From contig JAQBZT010000001.1 of NCBI GenBank assembly GCA_027622355.1, forward strand, positions 1-49,308: a stretch of 49,308 nucleotides of DNA, in the 5' to 3' direction. Shown here piece after piece: positions 26,344-34,559 of this stretch (its first letter is position 1; every line of letters begins with the position of its first letter). A model generated the notes under the pieces. It did no database searches. It saw only the letters and a program-made list of their open reading frames with translations, and was not told the DNA's origin. Origin of the DNA: a bacterium (GTDB taxonomy: Bacteria; UBA8248). A program made the translations under genes and the position numbers.

Positions 26344-27176
26344 CTCTCGTAATTGCGGATCACGAGTTCGGCCACCTTCCCCCTCCGGTTGGGGCGGGAG
26401 TTGATCGCGCGCGCGGCCTGAACCTGTGTTACGCGGAAGTCCTTATAGAGCCCCCGGATGAAGGGGGTGTCCGAGTTCGACTGCATGAACCGGACGCCAT
26501 TGCCGTCGAGTTTCCGGCACACCTCGGCGAGCCCGCCCTGTTCTTCCTCTCCGAAACTCCCGGCCGTGTAGGCCGTAAAATTCGCCGTTTTACTCAGTGG
26601 GTGATAGGGCGGATCGAGATAGACGAAATCCCCCGGACAGGCTTTGCTGTCCATCTCCCGGAAGCCGCAGCAACTCAAGGCCGCCTTCTGCAGAACCGAT
26701 GAGGCGCGCCGCAGCCCTTCTGCGTCGCAGATGGTGGGATTCTTGTGACGGCCGAAGGGAACGTTGAACTCCCCCTTCCAGTTCACCCGGTAAAGGCCGT
26801 TGTATCCGGTGCGGTTCAGATAGATGAACCGGGCAGCGCGGGCCGGGGGCGAGAGAATTGCGGTATCTTGCCCGCGGACGCGGTAGTAGCGATCCCGGTC
26901 GTAGACGTGGCGCTTGAGGGCGCGGATGACGGCTTCCACGTCGTCGCGCACGGTCTGGTAGGCGCTGATCAGCTCTTCGATTCGATCGGAGAGATGAATG
27001 TTTCCGCGGATGCCGGGGCGCAACGAAAAAAAGACTGCTCCGCTTCCCAAAAACGGCTCATGGTAGTTGCCGATTTGTGCGGGAAAGAGCGGGGCGTATT
27101 GCGAAAGGAGACGGCCCTTTCCGCCAGCCCATTTCAAAAATGGGCGCGCCGCAGCGGAGTTGGCTGTTCTTCCCAT
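26340..27176 (-). CDS. dam: DNA adenine methyltransferase (Dam family), no adjacent restriction gene
   Basis: 278 aa. PFLKWAGGKGRLL, FLGSGAVFF and YLDPPY motifs. Its stop overlaps the convergent VOC gene stop by 4 nt. Confidence 0.85.
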   Translation of the reverse strand: MGRTANSAAARPFLKWAGGKGRLLSQYAPLFPAQIGNYHEPFLGSGAVFFSLRPGIRGNIHLSDRIEELISAYQTVRDDVEAVIRALKRHVYDRDRYYRVRGQDTAILSPPARAARFIYLNRTGYNGLYRVNWKGEFNVPFGRHKNPTICDAEGLRRASSVLQKAALSCCGFREMDSKACPGDFVYLDPPYHPLSKTANFTAYTAGSFGEEEQGGLAEVCRKLDGNGVRFMQSNSDTPFIRGLYKDFRVTQVQAARAINSRPNRRGKVAELVIRNYES

Positions 27177-27215
27177 CGTATCCTCCCGGAAGCCCGGCGG
27201 TGAAAGGACAGGATG

Positions 27216-28076
27216 CTACCCCTTCTCCTTCCCCTGAATCCGGCGAAGCTCCCGAAGGGCGAGATGGACGTTCTCATCTTTCAGGGTCGGGGACGCGATG
27301 CGCGTGCGGCGGATATCCGCCGTGTCCACCTCGCCGATCAGAAGACGGGCCTTGCCCCGCGGGGCGGCGGCGAGGGGCTCTCCGTTCGGGAGAATGATCT
27401 CCGAGCCGCCCCAGAAGTTGATGCCGTCCTCGTAGCCCACCCGGTTCGAGAAAAAGACGAACTGGTTGAACAGGCCCGCATAGCACCGGTTCAGGGATTG
27501 CCAGGTGCGCTCGATGGCGAATGATGATTTTCCCTTTTTCCGCTGGACGCCCCGGCTCGGGCTCGATGAAGGAATGAAAAGAAGATCGGCGCCATCCTGG
27601 GAGGCGATGTAGGCAAGGCTCGGGTGCCAGGCGTCCTCGCACACCAGAATCGCGGCGCGGCCGAACTGGGTGTCGAAAGCCCGCAGACCCTGGCCCGCGC
27701 CCACGTAGCGCGCTTCATCGAAAAGGCCGTAGGTCGGGAGATAGATCTTGCGGTGGACGTGCAGCAGCTTTCCGTTCTCGAAGTATCCCGCCACGTTGTA
27801 GAACGCATGGCGGCCCGACTCCTCGATGAAGCCCACGATCAGCGCGACATCGCGGCTCAGCCGGGCAATCTCCTTGATCATGGCGGCGTCCCGCCGGAGG
27901 GCCACCTCGGGGACCATGTCCTTGAGGAAATACCCGGTGAGTGAAAGCTCCGGGAAAATCAAAAGGTCCACGCCCTTTCTGCGAGCCGATTTCACCTCTT
28001 TCTCGAGAATTTCCCAGTTCGCCTCGAGATTTCCCAGCGTGGGCCCAATCTGGGCCAGCCCCACCCGAAATTTCAT
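27216..28076 (-). CDS. carbon-nitrogen hydrolase (nitrilase superfamily), resembles the glutaminase domain of Gln-dependent NAD synthetase
   Basis: Trimmed to ATG at 28074-28076 (MKFRVGLAQIGPTLGNLEAN...). E-K-C triad contexts FPELSLTGY, HRKIYLPTYGLFDEARY, ILVCEDAWH. Confidence 0.8.
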   Translation of the reverse strand: MKFRVGLAQIGPTLGNLEANWEILEKEVKSARRKGVDLLIFPELSLTGYFLKDMVPEVALRRDAAMIKEIARLSRDVALIVGFIEESGRHAFYNVAGYFENGKLLHVHRKIYLPTYGLFDEARYVGAGQGLRAFDTQFGRAAILVCEDAWHPSLAYIASQDGADLLFIPSSSPSRGVQRKKGKSSFAIERTWQSLNRCYAGLFNQFVFFSNRVGYEDGINFWGGSEIILPNGEPLAAAPRGKARLLIGEVDTADIRRTRIASPTLKDENVHLALRELRRIQGKEKG

Positions 28077-28170
28077 TTCATCGCTCCCGCTTTTCTCCGC
28101 GCCGATCGAAATCATTTCCCGAGCGGGAAGGAATATCACACTCCCCCCGCTTCCGAAAACCGCGCCCGCC

Positions 28171-28599
28171 CTAGATGAACAGCTTGGTTTCCGCCCCCTG
28201 GGTGCGGGAGAGAAAAACGGGCAGGCTGATCACCTCATCCACCGCGCCCTCCACCTCCCGGTTGGTGTAGCCCATGAACTTCACCTGCGAGACGCAGGCA
28301 TATGTCGTCACCTGGCCCGCCTGCCGGGCGGACTCGATCAGATCGCTCACGGAATGCGCCCGGGCCTCCCGCATCCGTTCCGCAATCCGCTTTCCTTCCT
28401 CGCCATAAGCAGCCGGAAAGGTCATGTCGTCCACCCTGTCTTCCACGAATTTGCGGAGGGCCTCAAAGAACAAGATGATGTGCACTTCCTCTCCGTTCGC
28501 CGCCGCGCTCGCGGCCAGCGTAGCCACCTGATACAGGCGGTCGAAATCGCCGCTGTGGGCGAAAATCACCATTTGCCTGGCCTTTTTCCCGTTCATCAT
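28171..28599 (-). CDS. DsrE/DrsE_2-like (peroxiredoxin-like sulfur-relay fold) protein
   Basis: Trimmed to ATGATG at 28594-28599. QMVIFAHSGDFDRLYQVATLAASAAANGEEVHIILFFEAL... and YACVSQVKFMG resemble the DrsE_2 family. Its start overlaps the FGE-like stop. Confidence 0.55.
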   Translation of the reverse strand: MMNGKKARQMVIFAHSGDFDRLYQVATLAASAAANGEEVHIILFFEALRKFVEDRVDDMTFPAAYGEEGKRIAERMREARAHSVSDLIESARQAGQVTTYACVSQVKFMGYTNREVEGAVDEVISLPVFLSRTQGAETKLFI

Positions 28600-29444
28600 C
28601 CCGCCTCTTTTGAGCGGGTGCAGCGAAACCCCACGCCGCCGTGGCGCCCCCCGGGCGGCCCCTGCCATCTGTGATCGCCGCGGCCCGACGCGAGAGGCTG
28701 GCCCCAGTAGCCGCCGCGGATCACGCGCGCGTTTCCGCTCGGGGGCCCCTTCGGGTTCTGCTCCGGCGAACTCTCGTAGTAGCGCTCCCCGTAATAGTCC
28801 GCCACCCATTCGGCCGCGTTTCCGGCCATGTCCATGGCGCCGTACACGCTCCTTCCCTCCGGAAAGCTTCCCACGGGCAAGGGGCCCGAAAACCGCTTTC
28901 CCAGATTCGCCCGGGAGGCGGAGGCCACCTCCCCCCACGGATAAAGGCGGCCGCTCTCCCCGCGGGCGGCCTTTTCCCACTCCGCCTCAGTGGGCAGGCG
29001 TTTTCCCGCCCAGGCGCAATAGGCCTCGGCCTCGAACCACGTCACCAGCGTCACGGGCAGATCGCTCGTCCCCGGCTCGGGGCGGTGGCTCCGCCAGGAG
29101 AAACGGCTCCAGTCCCCGCCCCATCTTATGTCGCCGGGCTCCCATTTCGGGGCTGCGCGCCCCGTCGCGGCCAGAAAGCGGGCATAGGCCAAATGGGTCA
29201 CCTCAAATTTATCAATATAAAAAGCGTCCAGCACGATCATGCGGCCGGGCGCCACATCTTCCATTCCCTTTGCGAGGGTTCCTTTTTTCGCCCCCCGCAG
29301 AAAAGTACCCGCCGGAACAAACACCATCGCGGAATTGTCGTTTCCCGTGCGGCGGGTGAGCGGATGGGGGGCCTCCCTCGCCGGCGATACGCATCCCGCC
29401 AGCAAAAAAAGGGCCACCCAAGCCAAAACGCTTTTCCGGATCAC
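28596..29444 (-). CDS. formylglycine-generating-enzyme (SUMF1/EgtB) family lipoprotein
   Basis: 282 aa, GTG start. Lipobox LLAG-C. FGE-sulfatase-domain motifs (FYIDKFEVT, RLPTEAEWEKAARG, GNAAEWV, RVIRGG, GFRC). Confidence 0.8.
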   Translation of the reverse strand: MIRKSVLAWVALFLLAGCVSPAREAPHPLTRRTGNDNSAMVFVPAGTFLRGAKKGTLAKGMEDVAPGRMIVLDAFYIDKFEVTHLAYARFLAATGRAAPKWEPGDIRWGGDWSRFSWRSHRPEPGTSDLPVTLVTWFEAEAYCAWAGKRLPTEAEWEKAARGESGRLYPWGEVASASRANLGKRFSGPLPVGSFPEGRSVYGAMDMAGNAAEWVADYYGERYYESSPEQNPKGPPSGNARVIRGGYWGQPLASGRGDHRWQGPPGGRHGGVGFRCTRSKEAG

Positions 29445-29689
29445 TCAAAATCCTTCGGCTTCACGTTTGAGAAATTCATCCGGGGAAGGAGGGAGGAAGG
29501 CCGCCGGGCCAGGCGGTGCCTCCAAAAGCCACCAAGAAAGCGCACCGCCAGAAACAAAAACACCAAAAGGCCGGCGGCGATCAGGACATGGAGCGCGGCG
29601 CCTTTCCCGTAGCGGTAGAAAAAATATGCCACGGAAAGCCAGAACAAAAATCCGGCGACCAGAGAAAACCGCGTTTGATTTTCAGGCAT
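29441..29689 (-). CDS. small two-TM membrane protein
   Basis: 82 aa, two hydrophobic helices. Its stop overlaps the next start (GTGA). Confidence 0.45.
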   Translation of the reverse strand: MPENQTRFSLVAGFLFWLSVAYFFYRYGKGAALHVLIAAGLLVFLFLAVRFLGGFWRHRLARRPSSLLPRMNFSNVKPKDFE

Positions 29690-29706
29690 GGGCCGCTGGC
29701 TCCGCC

Positions 29707-30321
29707 CTACCGGGACGCGTTCGGTATCACCGACAGCGCCTGGGAAATCATCTTATGAACCTCATGCGAGTACCGATCCGCCCCGCCGAAGACCACCCCG
29801 GTGGCCATCCCCTTCGCCGACCAAAGAACCTTCCCTTTTTTCAGATCGATCCATCTCAGTTCCAGTCGAATCTTCAGGGGCTCGAGCTGGATGAGCCGCA
29901 CATCTCCCCCGATGCCCACCTCGTCATCGGGAAACAGCGAGGCGATCTTCTTCAGGGTTTTCGGGTCGCTGTATTTGAGTCCGACAATCCGCTCCTTGAC
30001 GAATACGCTCAGCGTCTGGTTGTAGTCGCGAACCGCATATCCTTTTTTCAGCAGCACCTCGACGATGCTCGCCATGTTCGAGCGGACATCATCGCCCGTC
30101 ACCTGAAGGGTGATGATGGATTTCGTATCCTGGAGCCGCAGGGCACGGAAGGCGGGAGTTCCCGGGGGCGGGGAGTAGGTGAATCCGTCGCCCGACTTAC
30201 CGATCCCCCCTCCTGAGGCTCGAAGGCCGCATCCGGCAAGAAGAGCCGCCAGCAGCAGGGCGGAAGCGAAAAAGCGCGGCGCCTCGCCGAACATCCGGCG
30301 TTCCCGCGCGCGAGTTTTCAT
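29707..30321 (-). CDS. lipoprotein, unknown function
   Basis: Trimmed to ATG at 30319-30321 (MKTRARERRMFGEAPRFFASALLLAALLAG-C lipobox). Start overlaps the bactofilin stop (TAATG). Confidence 0.5.
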   Translation of the reverse strand: MKTRARERRMFGEAPRFFASALLLAALLAGCGLRASGGGIGKSGDGFTYSPPPGTPAFRALRLQDTKSIITLQVTGDDVRSNMASIVEVLLKKGYAVRDYNQTLSVFVKERIVGLKYSDPKTLKKIASLFPDDEVGIGGDVRLIQLEPLKIRLELRWIDLKKGKVLWSAKGMATGVVFGGADRYSHEVHKMISQALSVIPNASR

Positions 30322-30737
30322 TACGCCTCTTTCGGCGGCGCCGCGCTCGCCTCCCCGCCCGCCGCGCGCCCGGTCATGTGGCAGGTGCCCTCGAAGACGG
30401 CGCCTTCCTCGATGAAAATGTTCGAGGTGTACACGTCTCCCTTGACGTGCCCGCCGAGGCGGATTTCGCATTTTTGTTTCGCCTCGATCTTCCCTTCCAC
30501 CTTTCCCATCACGACGACGATGCCGGCCTGGATGTTGGCTTTTACGGTGGCCGCCGAGCCGACGATAAACGTGTCCTCGGTCACTACCTCTCCTTCGAGA
30601 ATGCCGTCAACGCGCACCGTCCCCTCGAAAGTGATGACGCCCTTGAATTCTGTGCCTTCCCCCAAAAAGGCCCTGATGGTCTTCTCGTAGTTCGCATCCC
30701 CTCGGGCCACCGCTTTTCCTCCCGTTTGCCGGAACAT
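30321..30737 (-). CDS. bactofilin (polymer-forming cytoskeletal protein)
   Basis: 138 aa. Repetitive beta-helix pattern (G.V.G.V / VRVDGILEGEV...KVEGKIEAKQKCEIRLGGHVKGDV) typical of the DUF583/bactofilin domain. Immediately downstream of parB. Confidence 0.8.
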   Translation of the reverse strand: MFRQTGGKAVARGDANYEKTIRAFLGEGTEFKGVITFEGTVRVDGILEGEVVTEDTFIVGSAATVKANIQAGIVVVMGKVEGKIEAKQKCEIRLGGHVKGDVYTSNIFIEEGAVFEGTCHMTGRAAGGEASAAPPKEA

Positions 30738-30740
30738 GCC

Positions 30741-31658
30741 TCAGGCCAGCCGATCGATCAGCCCCTCGAGCATGTCCTTTGAGTAATAATCAATAATGAT
30801 CTTTCCCTTTTTTTCGTCCCCGTCAATCGCCACCTTCGTTCCCAGGGTACTGCGAAGGCGCTCGGTCTGCTCCCGAAGGAAAATGGCCTCCGGCCCCCGG
30901 GGGCCTTCATCCTTCGCGGGACGCCGCCGTCCCCCCCCCGGGCCCGCCGCTTTCGTCAGCGCCTTCCGCACCCTGTCCTCGAGCTGGCGGACCGACAGGT
31001 TTTTCTTCACCGCCTCGTCCGCGAAGCGCTCGGCTTCTTCCGGGGATCGCAGCGACAAAAGCGCGCGGGCGTGGCCCATCGAGAGAAGGTCGGCGGCGAC
31101 GCTCTCCTGAACGGCGAGCGGAAGCCGGAGAAGGCGGATGTAGTTCGCCACCGTGGAGCGTTCCTTGCCCACACGGGCGGCGAGCTCTTCCTGCGTCACG
31201 CCGAGCCGATCCATCATGCTGGAAAAGGCCGCCGCCACCTCCATCGGGTTCAGATCCGCGCGCTGCACGTTTTCGATGACGGCGATCTCGAGAAGTTTTT
31301 CGGCCGCGGCCTCCACCAAGATCACGGGAACCGTTTCGAGGCCGGCCGCGCGGGCGGCGCGCCACCTCCGCTCGCCGGCCACGATTTCGTATCTCCCCGC
31401 GGTGGAGCGCACCAGTATCGGTTGAAGCACGCCGTGCGTTTTGACGGACTCGGAAAGTTCCTTGAGGCTTTCGTCGTCAAAGTCGATCCGCGGCTGGTGA
31501 ACACCGGGGTGCAGATCGGCCACGGGCACGCGGCTCAGGCGCTCGCCCTCCGCCGCGGGAGCGGCGATCGGCCCTTCATCCGGCGGCGACATCGGATCCG
31601 AGGAAAGAAGCGCATCCAGTCCACGGCCGAGGGCCTTGCGTCCTTTTGTGGCCGCCAT
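30741..31658 (-). CDS. parB: chromosome partitioning protein ParB/Spo0J
   Basis: 305 aa. GRGLDALL, LQPILVR, GERRWRAA and HTH region. Confidence 0.9.
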   Translation of the reverse strand: MAATKGRKALGRGLDALLSSDPMSPPDEGPIAAPAAEGERLSRVPVADLHPGVHQPRIDFDDESLKELSESVKTHGVLQPILVRSTAGRYEIVAGERRWRAARAAGLETVPVILVEAAAEKLLEIAVIENVQRADLNPMEVAAAFSSMMDRLGVTQEELAARVGKERSTVANYIRLLRLPLAVQESVAADLLSMGHARALLSLRSPEEAERFADEAVKKNLSVRQLEDRVRKALTKAAGPGGGRRRPAKDEGPRGPEAIFLREQTERLRSTLGTKVAIDGDEKKGKIIIDYYSKDMLEGLIDRLA

Positions 31659-32500
31659 TAATTCATCCTCCGCCTTCTTCCGGCGCGGGTGAGAAACTCG
31701 CTGGCCATGGCGAGGTAGGCCTGCGCGCCCGAAGATGAAATGTCGTATGCAATGACGGGCTTTCCATGGCTCGGCGCCTCGGCGAGGCGAATGCTCCGCG
31801 GGATCGCGACGCGGTAAGTGAGCTCGGGAAGGTGCGTGCGGAGATCCTCCCCCACCTGCCGGGAAAGATTGGTTCGCGAGTCGTACATCGTGAGAACGAT
31901 GCCGCCCACCCGAAGGCCCGGATGGATGGATTGCCGGACGCGCTCGATCGTTTTCATGAGGCGGGCCAGACCCTCGAGCGCGAAGTACTCCGCCTGAATC
32001 GGGATCAGCACCTCATCGGCCGCCCGGAGAGCGTTGAGGGTCAAAAGGCCGAGCGAGGGGGGGCAATCGATCAAGATAAAGTGGAACGCCGAGCGGTACC
32101 TCTCCAAAACACTTCGAAGCCTCTCCGTCCGGTTCGGCAGATCCGCCAGCTCGAGTTCGGCACCGACCAGATCGATGGACGAGGTTAAAACTCTAAGTCT
32201 TTTTATATCAATAGTTTGCAGTGATTTCTCCTCGATCCGCTCGTCCATCACCAGCGCCCGGTAGAGGGCCGGGTCCTGGGTGTCGAGACCGAAGGCGCTC
32301 GAGGCATTCGATTGCGGATCCAAGTCAACAAGCAGGGTAGGCTCATCGGCCACCGCGAGGCACGCGGCGAGGTTCACTGAGGTGGTGGTTTTGCCCACCC
32401 CGCCCTTCTGGTTCACGATGGCGATAACCCGTGCCTGCCCGGGAGAATTCTGGCTTTCCGCAGCCGGACGGCTGGGCTCGGAGACAGCTGCTTCCGACAT
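31658..32500 (-). CDS. parA: chromosome partitioning ATPase ParA/Soj
   Basis: 280 aa. Deviant Walker A NQKGGVGKTTT. Stop overlaps the parB start. Confidence 0.9.
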   Translation of the reverse strand: MSEAAVSEPSRPAAESQNSPGQARVIAIVNQKGGVGKTTTSVNLAACLAVADEPTLLVDLDPQSNASSAFGLDTQDPALYRALVMDERIEEKSLQTIDIKRLRVLTSSIDLVGAELELADLPNRTERLRSVLERYRSAFHFILIDCPPSLGLLTLNALRAADEVLIPIQAEYFALEGLARLMKTIERVRQSIHPGLRVGGIVLTMYDSRTNLSRQVGEDLRTHLPELTYRVAIPRSIRLAEAPSHGKPVIAYDISSSGAQAYLAMASEFLTRAGRRRRMN

Positions 32501-32570
32501 AGGACCTCGCTGAGGAGAGATAGGATCGGCTCCTAGAAAGTGTCATAGTCAGGCACAAATTTCAAGGGAA

Positions 32571-32586
32571 TGTTTCACGTGGAACA
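32571..32586. promoter_or_regulatory. parS site 1 (TGTTTCACGTGGAACA)
   Basis: 15/16 match to the canonical parS TGTTTCACGTGAAACA. Located between mnmG and parA. Confidence 0.8.
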
Positions 32587-32608
32587 CAGTTTTTCGAAAT
32601 TTTCCAGA

Positions 32609-32624
32609 TGTTCCACGTGGAACA
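32609..32624. promoter_or_regulatory. parS site 2 (TGTTCCACGTGGAACA, perfect palindrome)
   Basis: Perfect 16-bp palindrome, 14/16 to the parS consensus. Its start lies 38 bp after that of site 1. Confidence 0.8.
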
Positions 32625-32636
32625 TCCCTGGCCCCG

Positions 32637-34559
32637 CTAGCTGCCTTCAGGGGACAAGGGATGGCCCCCATCGCCAGAGGCGGAGGAGCGGCGGAGGTGA
32701 ACTTCCAGCAGCGCGATAGCCGCGGGCGTTACCCCCGAGATGCGGCTGGCCTGTCCGAGGGTCCGGGGCTGGACCTCTGTCAGGCGCTGGCGAACCTCGA
32801 ATTTCAGATGTTTAATCTCTTTAAAATCAAAACTTTCTGGAATGCGTATCCGGTCAGCCGCCCGGAGGGTGGCCACCTGCCGCCCCTCCCGGAGCACGTA
32901 CTCCTTGTACTGCACTTCGGCCAGGACAAACCGGCGGGCCTCCTCGCCCAGTCCATTCCACAACTCCAGGAGGCGTCCGCCCTGCACGGCATCCACCCGG
33001 AGCGCCACTTCGGCCCCCACCTCCGGCCGGCGGAGAATATCCCCCAGCTTTTGTGGCTTCCGGAGCGCTGCCGTCCCGAAGGACTGGAGGAGATCCGACA
33101 CAGAGGGCTTGGGATAAACGTCCGCATCCTCAATGTAATCAATTATTTCTCGACATTTCGTCTTTTTTTCGCCAAAAGCCTGGAAGGTTGTATCGTCCAG
33201 GGAACCCACCCGGTGGCCCAGCGCCATCAGGCGCATATCCGCATTGTCGTGGCGGAGGAGCAGCCGGTGCTCCGCCCGGCTGGTGAACATCCGGTAGGGC
33301 TCGGCCACCCCCTTCGTCACCAGATCATCGATCAGCACCCCGATGTAGGCCTCCTCCCGCCCGAGGATGAGCGGCGCCTCCTCGCGCAGATAGCGTGCCG
33401 CGTTGATGCCCGCCATGAGACCCTGTGCCGCCGCTTCCTCGTAGCCCGTCGTCCCGTTGATCTGCCCGGCATGGAAGAGCCCCGGCACGCGCTGCGTCAT
33501 CAGGCTCGGCATCAGCTCGGTCGGGTCCACAAAGTCGTACTCCACCGCATAGCCCGGCCGCATGATCTCCGCCCGCTCGAGGCCCGCGATCGATCGAACA
33601 ACGCCCAACTGCACATCCACGGGCAGGCTCGTCGAGAGCCCGTTGACGTAGATCTCGAGTGTCTGCCTTCCTTCGGGCTCGAGAAAAATCTGGTGCGCCT
33701 CCTTGTCCGGAAAGCGCATCACCTTGTCCTCAATGCTCGGACAGTAGCGCACCCCGGTGCCCTCGATCTGGCCGTTGAACATCGGCGCGCGATCGATGTT
33801 CCGGCGGATCAGCTCATGCGCCTTCGGGTTGGTGTAGGTGATGTAGCAGGGAACCTGATCCTGCCGGATGCGATCGGTGCGGAAGGAAAAAGGACGGGGC
33901 GGCTCGTCCCCGGGCTGAACCGCGAGCGAGCCGAAGTCGATCGTCCGCGCATCGAGACGCGGCGGCGTTCCCGTCTTCATCCGCCCGATGCGGAAGCCGA
34001 GCGATGCGAGTTGATCCGTCAGCCCGCGCGCCGCGCCCTCGCCCGCGCGCCCGCCCTCGATCTTCTGATCGCCATAGTGCAGCAGCCCGCGCGTGAACGT
34101 GCCCGGCGTCAGGATCACCGCCCGCGATTCGAACCGCTCGCCGAACTGTGTCTCGATGCCCGCCGCGCGGCCCGCATCATCCAGCAGGATCCGCCGGAGC
34201 GCGCCCTGCTTGAGAATGAGGCCCTCCTGCCGCTCGACGGCGTATTTCATGTACATCCGGTATTGCTGTTTGTCGGCCTGCGCCCGGAGGGCCTGAACGG
34301 CGGGGCCTTTCCGGGTGTTGAGCATGCGGAACTGAATGCCGGTCGCGTCAATCGCCCGGGCCATCTCACCGCCCAGCGCGTCCACCTCGCGGACCAGCAC
34401 GCCCTTCGCGAGTCCCCCGATCGCCGGGTTGCAGGACATCAGCCCCACCGTGTCGAGGTTCATCGTGAAGAGCAGCGCCCTTGCGCCCATGCGCGCCGCG
34501 GCGAGCGCCGCCTCGCATCCCGCGTGGCCGGCACCGATCACGATGATGTCGAAATTCAA
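32637..34559 (-). CDS. mnmG: tRNA uridine-5-carboxymethylaminomethyl(34) synthesis enzyme MnmG (GidA)
   Basis: 640 aa. [19 protein letters not shown] motif and full-length GidA pattern. TTG start after GAGGGA. The antisense ORF 32661..34577 is a shadow. Confidence 0.95.
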   Translation of the reverse strand: MNFDIIVIGAGHAGCEAALAAARMGARALLFTMNLDTVGLMSCNPAIGGLAKGVLVREVDALGGEMARAIDATGIQFRMLNTRKGPAVQALRAQADKQQYRMYMKYAVERQEGLILKQGALRRILLDDAGRAAGIETQFGERFESRAVILTPGTFTRGLLHYGDQKIEGGRAGEGAARGLTDQLASLGFRIGRMKTGTPPRLDARTIDFGSLAVQPGDEPPRPFSFRTDRIRQDQVPCYITYTNPKAHELIRRNIDRAPMFNGQIEGTGVRYCPSIEDKVMRFPDKEAHQIFLEPEGRQTLEIYVNGLSTSLPVDVQLGVVRSIAGLERAEIMRPGYAVEYDFVDPTELMPSLMTQRVPGLFHAGQINGTTGYEEAAAQGLMAGINAARYLREEAPLILGREEAYIGVLIDDLVTKGVAEPYRMFTSRAEHRLLLRHDNADMRLMALGHRVGSLDDTTFQAFGEKKTKCREIIDYIEDADVYPKPSVSDLLQSFGTAALRKPQKLGDILRRPEVGAEVALRVDAVQGGRLLELWNGLGEEARRFVLAEVQYKEYVLREGRQVATLRAADRIRIPESFDFKEIKHLKFEVRQRLTEVQPRTLGQASRISGVTPAAIALLEVHLRRSSASGDGGHPLSPEGS

